From Nemertoderma westbladi (lineage: Eukaryota > Animalia > Xenacoelomorpha), in assembly GCA_032718475.1 (NCBI GenBank), contig JAUCBJ010000245.1, positions 1 through 63,022 of the forward strand: a DNA stretch of 63,022 nt, given 5' to 3'. Shown here piece by piece: positions 11,151-21,352 of the stretch. A program made the translations under genes and the position numbers. The notes under the pieces were generated by a model, which was not told the origin of the DNA, ran no database searches, and saw only the letters and a program-made list of their open reading frames with translations. Numbering within the stretch: position 1 is the stretch's first letter; the number at the start of each line of letters is the position of its first letter.

Positions 11151-14100
11151 AAAGGACGAAAGCGGCCAATATTGTGAACGGCTAGGTAAACGACATACTA
11201 GCCATAAACTGAGAGGTTGTCGACTATTCCGCGAATTGAACTCAGAGGAACGACGACTACAAATACGGCCATTGGACTCTTGTTGGCGGTGTACGCTACA
11301 TGGACATGTCCGTAAAGACTGCCCAAATACAGACACTTGTCCTTCCTGTGGACGCAACCATGACGGTTTGCTCCACACAGACAGTCATACGCCGCCCAAA
11401 CGCTTCACCAGGGAACACCCGGAAGCGGCAGCAAGATGCAACACAGCATATAAGGGTCGAGAGTCGAAAACAACACCGACTTTCGTGACTCACATTAGAG
11501 ATTGGTTCTCGGAACAATCAGGATCGTCGGAGGAAGAGTCGGAAGACGACGACGTTTACTTTGATACTGGAGACGAACAACCATCGATTGCGCTTCTGAC
11601 GCCTGATCAATTAAAGGGGTTTAGTATAATTCCTGTCAAGATTACTGGCACCAAAGGAAGCAAGAGGATCTACGCTATCCTGGATTCAGCCTCATCTCAT
11701 AGCTACGTGGATGAGAAAGTAGCTGATGTTGTGACGGATCTCCGACAAGGTAAGAACGTCAGTTACACCGTAAGTAGTATGCATGGACAACGTGCAATAC
11801 CAGTGACACGAGTTAAGTTGAACTTAGACACTCTTCTTCCGAAATCGCAACATAGCGAAAAGGAGAGGTCTTTGTTACCCTTTAAAGATTTAACCTTTGC
11901 GGCCACAAAGGACTTTAGTAACCTACTAGGTCCTGTCCCAGAACAATCCTTGGAGGACCGTAAGTACTTCAGACACCTTGGTGTACCTGAATGTCCTGTC
12001 AACTATAGGTCGGTAGCAATGCTGATCGGGACAGATCAATTCAACCTACATCAAGTGTGGGAAACCAGACCATCGGCAGTCGTAGCGGGAAACGCATACG
12101 CCTGTAGAACGCCGATAGGGTGGTATACTCGAGCGCCTGTGCGCACACTGGATATAAGTGACGAGGAAGACGATATACAAAGTACATGTAGTTTATTAAC
12201 TACAACTTCGACTCATTCCTTTTCACACGACCGAGACTATACTACACAAGCGTCGACAAAACACGACAACATGACAAGTACGACGTGTGTAGCTAATACG
12301 ATAAGTCACAAGGAGCAGCTAATCCACCAGGTGAGTTTAGAACTTGGGAAGAAGACGAGTCAGCCAGAGATTCCATCGACGACAGATGATAACGCCGGAA
12401 GGCTTGCGAGTCTACCTCAACCAATAACCTCAACAATGCCTGTCGATATCGATGATGACGCGTTAAGAAATCATCAAGTGGAACAAGCTGCATTGGACAA
12501 AGAATTAACGGAGAAGACTATCAGGTGGTTAGAACAAGATACAGCTGAACCTGGTAGCTACGAACCATGTATGTCGGAACAAGAGAAACAATCTTTGAAG
12601 ATCATGGAAGATACTATCCGCCAGACGAAAGACGGACATTATGAGGTAGGGATGCTATGGCGTAACCAACGTCCTAAACTCATAAATAACTATCCGCTAG
12701 CCTTAAGACGTTTACACTCAATACGACAACGTCTATTAAAGGACGAGAAAGCCCATCTGCAGTATAATACTCAGATGGAGACGTATTTAACGAAGGGATA
12801 CGCTATCAGAATGACTAACCCAGAGATTGTGACTGACCAGACATACTACTTGCCACATCACTACGTGAGACCAGACAAACCAGACAAAGTACGTGTAGTC
12901 AATGACTGCGCGGCTCTGTTTGAGGGAATGTCCCTCAATAGTGAGTTAATGGATGGACCAAACATGAATAATTATCTTATGGGGGTGATTATGCGCTTCC
13001 GTCAGCGTCAAGTAGCCTTTACTTGTGACGTCGAAGCTATGTTTCACCAAGTGCGAGCGTTTTCGGTGCCAGGGACAGCCCAAACTGTACGATGTACGCC
13101 CTAAAGCAAGCCGCTAGGGATCAGAAACATATATATGACCCAGAGATAATCAAGATCGTAGAACGCGACTTTTACGTGGACGATGGTTTACAGAGTTGTG
13201 ACACAGTAGAACGTGCTATTACAGTAGCACATCAATTACGGGACTGCTTAGCGGGCGGAGGTTTTAACCTCACCAAATTCGCCTCAAACAGTGCCGAATT
13301 GGTAGACTCATTCGGAATGACTGAGCGTGGAGGTGGTGACATTGACCTAGAGTTCGAACCACTACCGACGACCAAGGTGTTGGGGCTCTTTTGGGACCCA
13401 AACACGGACAACTTTCGAGTGAAGGTGAGACTGGACACTCAAGAAAACATTCTGACAAAGAGATCCTGCTTGTCAAAATTGAGTCGATTATTCGATCCAT
13501 TAGGATTCATCAGCCCAATAATACTGCAAGCCAGAATTTATATGCGCAGCATTTGGAAGGATGGACTGACATGGGACGAGCCGATCTCATCAGAACAAGT
13601 GGACTTATGGAAAACCTGGGAGGCAGAATTATCTTCAATAGAGGATTATTCCATACCCAGAGTGTACTTTCCATTACAAACGACATTTCCTGACAACTTG
13701 GAATTACATTGTTTCTCCGACGCCAGTGACAACGGCTTTGGTGTGGCAGCGTATTTACGCAGACAAGTAGACTCAGACGAGTTTGATGTTTCGCTCATTA
13801 CTTCTAAGGCTAAAACCATGCCTACTAAGTATATGACGACACCACGCGCTGAGCTACAAGCCGCAACCCTGTCAACCACAATCGTGAACCTTATACAGAC
13901 GGAACTACAGTCAAGTTTACAGATATTTTATTGGACTGACGCGACGTTGGTTTTATTTTACATAAACAACGACACACTTGAATTCAAGACATTCGTAGCT
14001 AACCGTCGCGCAGAAATTCTAGACCGTTCAATAAAGGAAGATTGGCGACATTGTCCCGGACCACAAAACCCAGCCGATATTGCGTCGCGAGGAATGATGC

Positions 14101-16512
14101 CTGAGGAATTCTGTAAACCGGAGAACAAAGAATTTTGGCAACACGGACCACAATTCTTGCAAAGATCAGTACAACATTGGCCGCCACTATACGACAACAA
14201 GTCTAACACTATCCCTAAAGACGCGGAAATTAAAAAACCAAAGAAAGGGAAAGCAAAGAAAAGGACGGCGGCTAAACTCAAGAAAAAACCGAAGGCGAAA
14301 TGGAAAGATATAACTTCAAAGGTCAAGAGCGGAAGACTTGCGAGCCTTTCTACACCAGACATATCGCCAGACGCGTTACTAGACGGTCAACCAGACGTTT
14401 TGCCAGACATATCACAAAATGTTCTACCAGACACTAGTAACATATTGACAAATAGTAAAGCCGCAGTTTCTCTATTGGAGCGGCCTTCTATAGACAAACA
14501 TCCAGACACGTTACCAGACGTATCGCCAGACGCGTTACTAGACGGTCAACCAGACGTTTTGCCAGACATGTCACTAGATATTTCGCCGGATGTTCCGCGA
14601 AACATTTTACCAGACATGTCACAAAATGTTCTACCAGACACTAGTAACATATTGACAAATAGTAAAGCCGCAGTTTCCCTATTGGAGCGGCCTTGTATTG
14701 ACAAACTACCAAATTTGACACACTTGAGTAACCATAAGCACAGTGAAACCTCATGTATTACAGATGTGGGTAGTACCTACGTAAATGTAAATACAGGTGT
14801 TACTTTGCGCTCAAGAGACATACCAAACTTGCAACCTATGGTGAGACCTGGGATTAATATCGGCAGAAAAATAAGTTTACCGAAACCCAGTGACCCCATA
14901 GAGTTCAAACCACCATTAACGATCGACTTACAAAGTACTGACAACCAGGGTAAGAAAACAAAGAAGGACAAATTACTTGTAGACCCGGACGGATCAACAG
15001 TCAACAAGGGAATACCTACCGGCGGACCCGTGGGCCCTTCTAGTAAATCAAAACCTTCCAAATTCTCCATTGACTTACCTGATGACGTCACAAATACTTA
15101 CGTCGACCGTATTGTAAACTTAACAGATTCTTGGACAAACGCTTGCCGAAAATTAGCGTGGATTGTACGTTTTGTACAATACGTTAAAGGCAAACGCGAC
15201 TTTACACGTCGACTTACATTGACTGAGATTGACAGGTGTGAAATTAAATTAATTCGCCATTACCAACTGCGATATTTCGCGCGCGAATTCACATCTATAA
15301 ATCAAGGTCAACCAATCAAGTCGTCACCAATATTGAGTTGGAGTCCGATAATTTATAATGGCTTAATTTGTCATAAATCTCGGCTTGAAAACATTGACTT
15401 TAACACAAACTTTAGATACCCAATAATAATACCGCAGCATCACGAATTACAACGTGCAATGATACTGGACGCACATTTACATCTGAAACACGCTGGAAGA
15501 CACCACTGTCTTTCCTACTTACGTACAAGATTTGTATTAATTAGACCCAGTAAAGCGTTAAGTTCAGTGACACGTACGTGTATTATTTGTAAAAAGGTAC
15601 ATTCTAGAATAGGTACCCAAGAAATGAGTGAACTTCCACAAGCACGACTTCAAGCATTCAGACCACCTTTTACAGAGACTGGAATTGATTGCTTTGGTCC
15701 CATACATACGAAACGTGGACGTATACTAGTAAAACGCTGGGGACTGATTTTCACATGTATGTCCAGTAGGGCAGTTCATATTGAACGTGTGATGGATCTT
15801 TCCACCAACGCGTTTATACTAGCATTGCGGCGATTTATCGCTAGACGCGGACTAGTGAAATGCTTGTACTCAGACCAAGGGACAAACTTTGTTGGTGCCC
15901 GAAATGAAATTGCTAGAGCCTTTAAGAAATTAGATCATGATCAAATCTCAAACGAACTACGTCCTTACAAGATTGTTTGGAAGTTTAATCCTCCAGATAG
16001 TCCATGGAGAGGCGGAGTCTGGGAGAGATTGATTAGATCTATAAAAACAGCCATGGCGAAAGTAATTCCAGTAAACCACATTTTGACAGACGACCAACTG
16101 ACTGACGACCAACCAACTGACTACTTTGACGCCTATTTCTTTTCCAACAGAAAGCGACAGCTACGGTAGAAAAGCGTGGAAAATCACGCAACTACTAGCT
16201 AACAAATTCTGGGAAATATGGCAAAACCATTATTTGCCCTCTATTTCTGCCAGAACAAACTGTTACAATAACACCCGCGCATTAAAGCCGGGAGATCACG
16301 TGCTGTTAGCAGAAGTGAATCTAAAAAGACGCTTCTGGATAACAGGTGTAATTTTAGCCACACATCCATCTATGGATGGAGTGACAAGAACTGTGACGGT
16401 ACGGACAATTGACGGTCGTACAGTAGACAGACCGACTCAACGTCTCGTACTTCTTGAAGAGACTCGTAACGAGTCTGGAGACTACAAATCTCCAACTAAT
16501 ATTAGTAAATAA
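11151..16512 (+). pseudogene. pol: BEL gag Zn knuckles plus pol (PR, RT, RNase H, integrase), with deletions and frameshifts
   Basis: CWRCTLHGHVRKDC, CPSCGRNH, protease ILDSAS, RT YLPHH...DVEAMFHQV and FYVDD, RNase H HCFSDAS, integrase HHCC, GIDCFGP, SDQGTNF, GGVWERL. Frameshifts near 13060 and 16120. Confidence 0.93.
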
Positions 16513-17067
16513 TTAGGAGTTTACAAATAGATTTCCACGTACCTGTACACCATAGTAAGGACAGCGGTAGAATTCCATTGTCTTTATATGTGAACATTGA
16601 GGGTAGTACCCTTATGTGTCACATAGGAGCGGGATTTGTAGGTATAAGAAATGGAATTCTACTTGGAACTCACAATATTGAGACATTTTCGAAATTTTAG
16701 ACAATCCATTTGGATTTGAAAAATTTTTAAAATTTTCTCCAGTGAATAGATTTCAGGGTACAGTCGGGTGGAACTTAAAATTAGAGAAACAAGAGAGGAA
16801 GACTTGCGAGCCTTTCTTAAAATTTTAATTTAAATTTTACACGGTCTTGTTTCAATAAGTTACGTCAATAAATAGACTTCCCTATATTTATTACTAATTC
16901 TTGACTGCTTATTTTCTGATAATAGTTTGGGATCAAAAAGTGAGTATTTTTGACTCACAGCCAGTTTAGCCCAAATTCGTTTTTATTTCGGCAAAAAATT
17001 TTAGATAAGAAGCAGCGTGTCATTAAAGAAACCCTAGATCTTAGGCTATGGGTAGGAGGTTAGAGCG

Positions 17068-18072
17068 TTGTCGAGCCAAAAGGGCAGACGAAAACTCTCA
17101 CGTCTCCTCACAACTAACTACAAACTCTGTTGTATTCCCTCTAGTAGTAATGATTATGTAACTACACCTCTAATTATGGAGAAGGAGATACATGGAGAGC
17201 CGAGATGGGGATATGATATCCAAGAGGAAGCAGCAGCGCCATTCGAAAGATTTGGAGCCAAAGAATACACTATATTTGGTATAAAAGAATTATCAGAAAG
17301 TACTGCGAAACTCGCGAGAACTAAATATGACTCGAATGTATTAAAGAGAAGGCAAAACGCATTAAATGAAAGAATCGAAAGTTTGCGCAAAACCTTCAAT
17401 GAACTTTACCCGTATGACGCTTTGTGTGATACGGGAGACATTAGCGAAGACCCCGATACTGAAATTAGTGGTTTGTATCATACCATGCAATACCTAAAGG
17501 CGCACGAACCTATGCCTGCGGTACGAGATGAATTCGATGGAATGCACCTTTACAGACGAACTCGAGGGGACGATAGAGAAACAAAGGAAGCATTTTCAGT
17601 TTATAAACTTTATTATCAATGCGGTTCTTGTATGCGCGAACAACGAAATGCGATTCCAATGCGTTTGAATAAGGAAAATCCCGAACCGATATTGGCGAGG
17701 TGTTCGAACCATCAACAACTACGCTACCAGGAAGGAGGGTATCCTTTATCAAATCCATATCATTCGTTTGCTATGACTGGACCAAAGGCGGGAGAAACTG
17801 TCGTTTACCCACCTAAGGTTGTTGAACCCGATGCATTTGAACTTACGCTGGACGAGGCGAATCAGTCAACCCGCGAAAAGAAAGAAGCTCTTAGCCTATA
17901 CAGAGCCTACAAGGCTTTCGAGAAAGGTGAGATGGAAGAATGGGGCGGAAGACTCGCGAGCCTACCTTACCATTGGACGTCACACGATCAAACTTCAGCT
18001 AAGGAGATGACACCGGAAATTTTCGAAAGTATAAACTTTGCCCAAAATGTTCAATCGTATCACATATGGTGA
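17068..18072 (+). CDS. Extra ORF downstream of the BEL integrase, unknown function
   Basis: 334-codon ORF (likely ATG ~17197) in the env position. CGSC...RCSNH is a possible metal-binding site. No hydrophobic TM segment seen. Confidence 0.6.
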   Translation: MSSQKGRRKLSRLLTTNYKLCCIPSSSNDYVTTPLIMEKEIHGEPRWGYDIQEEAAAPFERFGAKEYTIFGIKELSESTAKLARTKYDSNVLKRRQNALNERIESLRKTFNELYPYDALCDTGDISEDPDTEISGLYHTMQYLKAHEPMPAVRDEFDGMHLYRRTRGDDRETKEAFSVYKLYYQCGSCMREQRNAIPMRLNKENPEPILARCSNHQQLRYQEGGYPLSNPYHSFAMTGPKAGETVVYPPKVVEPDAFELTLDEANQSTREKKEALSLYRAYKAFEKGEMEEWGGRLASLPYHWTSHDQTSAKEMTPEIFESINFAQNVQSYHIW

Positions 18073-18688
18073 ATTTGACCGTTTTCGAACAGAAAAGCGA
18101 AATAAAGGAGCTTGGTTAACCGTCGCATGGGCGTACCGAGCCGCGTTCTATCATAGGCGTATACGAGCGAGCGTATTCGAGGAAGAGGAGATCCTAGAGG
18201 CGACCGACATACCAGCCACTCCGGTTGCGCCGTCTCCACGTCACCCTCGGGAGGACGGACAGGGTAGGATCATAAGGGTCCAGAAAGTGAGCCAACAATT
18301 AAAGAAGTCTATTAATATAGAAGAACGCAAGGGAGTTGAGCCGACCATTCGAATTACTCGGGATACGGTATCGCTTCCTAGAGAACCAACAGGAGGATCG
18401 GGACATACACCAGCTGATCAAAAGGGGGCGCAAGCTACTCTTGGGTCTGCGTCGTCCGCTTCCCGCGCGTTCCCAGACGTTTTACCAACTGTAGTGACAA
18501 CTGATCGGTCACGAGGAATCGGTCGAGGTTTCGGGATACCAAATAGACGAATTTGTGAGGAAATGGTCGCACCGTCTCCCAACGTCCAAACGAAACCAGT
18601 GACTCGCCCCACGAGTCCCATATCGCGAGCAAAGTCACCTGTGCGCAGTTTTCGAGGACACGGCAGGGCTCGATCCACTAAGCGATAA
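18038..18688 (+). CDS. Second extra ORF, or frameshifted continuation, basic and Pro/Arg-rich
   Basis: 216 codons, overlapping the end of the previous ORF in the +1 frame. Confidence 0.5.
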   Translation: MPKMFNRITYGEFDRFRTEKRNKGAWLTVAWAYRAAFYHRRIRASVFEEEEILEATDIPATPVAPSPRHPREDGQGRIIRVQKVSQQLKKSINIEERKGVEPTIRITRDTVSLPREPTGGSGHTPADQKGAQATLGSASSASRAFPDVLPTVVTTDRSRGIGRGFGIPNRRICEEMVAPSPNVQTKPVTRPTSPISRAKSPVRSFRGHGRARSTKR

Positions 18689-19475
18689 AAGGGAGGGCAA
18701 GGGTGGACGGAAGACTCGTGAGCCTTTCTTGTGAATTTGTGATTTATTTGAATTATATGTTTTATATTTAGTAAGTTTTGTATTCTGGAAGATTCATATT
18801 TAGTAAGATTTATATTTAGAAGAAAGTTATATTTTGCAAGATTTATATTTTATATTTGTGATTATTCCAAACTTATGCAATTTATATTGTTCCGAATACT
18901 ATGCAATTTATATCTTATAAGCAGTATTTGTATTTACAGTGAAATAGAAAGTAAGAGTAGATGGAAGACTCGTGGGCCTTTCTTATAGTTTCATTTGTAA
19001 AGTGTTATATTTTGTATTTAGAAAGTTTTATAGTTAGAAAGTTTTGTACTTAGAAAGACTCATATTTGTAATTATTCCGAACTTATGCAATCTACATTTA
19101 GGCACGAAAGTATTTGTAATTATTTGAATTTATGCAATATTTGAGATGCAAGAGTAGATGGAAGACTCGCGAGCCTTTCTTATGATTTTCATTTATTTGT
19201 ATTTGTAATTGTTTGAATTTATGCAATATTGAGATGCAATAGATTTATATTGGTGAATTTAATTTAGATGTATATTGTACTTACTTAGTAAAGCCTTAAA
19301 TATGTAAAGTTTGAATTTGTAATTATTTTGTATCGAATCATTATGTAGAAAGGAAGTATTGCTTGAAATTTAATTTGTAAATATGTAAGTACACCCTAAG
19401 CATTCTATAATTTGATTGATTATTGGTGAAAACCGTATATTTTATGCACGATAATATCCTGTTTTCATGGAGCGG

Positions 19476-21347
19476 TATAGAATTATATTCTCTAAATGCC
19501 GTGGATTTTCAAAATTTTATTTTATTCGAATTAACTTTGTTAAAAGATTACATTAAGTCCTCATTTGTATTTGCTATATCTATTTGTACGATGATTAGTC
19601 AAGTGGTTCAGTAGCTCAGTCGGTAGAGCGTTGGAAATTATATGTAGTGTATATTGAGTTCGAATCCTAGTAGGTGCGAATTATTTTTTGTGCAGAATTT
19701 CAACTCATTTAAATTGACCGCTACAAATTAATTGCATTTGCTCGAAGTAAGGTTAACCAATGAGACTGTAGTTATTAGATTGTAACCAATGTCGTACGAG
19801 TTATATATTTGCTGGACCAATAGCTATCTTTAAAAACCTGTTAGAACTCATAGAACAATCGAGAATTTTCTCGATTGATTGCAGCACAAATTTGGTATAA
19901 AAGGTGCGATTTCGTTCATTAGTTCACTACACACTTCAATCACTATTACTTCTGTTTATTGTATAATAGTTATTGTTTGATTTTGTAATAAAAGTTAGAA
20001 ATACTTGTCACATCTGCCCTTTTCTATCTGTTTTACTATGCTTCACCACGGTGAACCCAACTAAGGGACAGGATGGCTGGCTAAACATCGGGCCACAGCA
20101 ATGAACGGGAACATCTAAGGAATGTAGGCAGGAGACAACCCGCAATATCACTCTTAGTTATTCGCCCATCGCCTGAAAGGTTAGACAGCGTTCGATGCCT
20201 TGCTACCTAAGTATAAGACCAAAGATCGAAGGTAGAGGTAGTGACACGCTGTACGCCTAAAATTACATCTAGAGACTGTACTGTTTTAATTCAGGAAAAA
20301 ACCGCAGTAGACCTTCATATTCCTACGGGGGGAGAGCAGGCAGAGATACTAGTACGCAGATAGGACGTAGGCACACCGGTACAAGGCATACACATTGGTA
20401 GGGTGCAGCAAACTGTACGCCTAACTCTTGCTAAGTACAGGTGCGTCTGTGACTATTTGTAGTACAACGGTGTCCATTGCATTAGAACTTGTAGGCTAGG
20501 AGGGTTGCTGTGTTTCACCTGAATTAGGATTGTACCGTTCAGGCGGTAGAGCAGTTTACGACTAGGCGCAAATAAATTGAGGCTATTTAGGGATACTAAC
20601 ATCTACCGTGTCCCCGCCGACATCCTGATAGGAAGTTACCAAGCCCACCTAGGTAACCAAAATTCTAGATAGGACACCAGGCTAGCTATTAGTAACCGTA
20701 CGCCTACTGTAGTAAACTAACACATTTCTTCTTAGTATTAGGGACCTGGTAAATTAAAATTGCCGAATTCTGGGCGTAGTATTAACCTTATGCCTGAATT
20801 TGAGTCCTGGAAATACGCAAGAGGGGAAGGAGCCTTATCATTCGTGAGTATTGGACCTACAAGTTACAAAATTAGAATATTCGTAAAATGCACACCGTAC
20901 CCAGTAATTATATATATGAAGGAGCAAAACTGATCTTGACGGTTCAGAATTAACACACGCGCGTTAGAAATTATTTACACCTCAAAATATATAAAATTAA
21001 CTTTTGTCTGTACTGCGCTTTGCCCGCTAGTTAGACATCTCCAGATCTCTGCACCTAGCTAGCGTCCTTTTCGCCCAACCATATAAATCACACCGCGGCA
21101 AAGTATACGAGCCCCTTAGTCCGTCAGTGAGTCAGCCTGATTTTAGGATTCGCTGCGCGGGATTTTGTTTTATCGAAGTTTGTCTGTTCGTAGACTGTTT
21201 TCTGCCTCACCGGTTATAAGGGACCGATACTGCAATATATATTCGCTTACTTGGAGTTTACTGTTTTGGTGAGAAGGTCGGATTTATGATTTGATTCACA
21301 AACTTTACAGTAAGATATTGCAGGTATTGTTACTGTCTCTTCGAATA
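19476..21347 (+). repeat. BEL 3' LTR (1872 bp)
   Basis: Copy of 4140-6004 with a 7-bp insertion and scattered substitutions. Preceded by short purine-rich GGAGCGG. Confidence 0.93.
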
Positions 21348-21352
21348 GAAGT

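Larger units (their letters stand above)
4140..21347 (+). mobile_element. BEL/Pao LTR retrotransposon, 17.2 kb, inserted in pPolB
   Basis: Near-identical 1.87-kb terminal direct repeats. TSD GAAGT at 4135-4139 and 21348-21352. Gag with three Zn knuckles, then PR-RT-RH-IN in BEL order. Confidence 0.95.

Noticed and set aside
10193-11177. Short ORFs within the 1175-bp insert
   Set aside because: No recognisable domains and they overlap on both strands.
18040-18046. CCCAAAA as a -1 slippery site joining the extra ORFs
   Set aside because: Wrong phase, and the ORFs are related by a +1 shift.
17068-18688. Envelope gene
   Set aside because: No signal peptide, transmembrane helix or Cys-rich ectodomain is visible.
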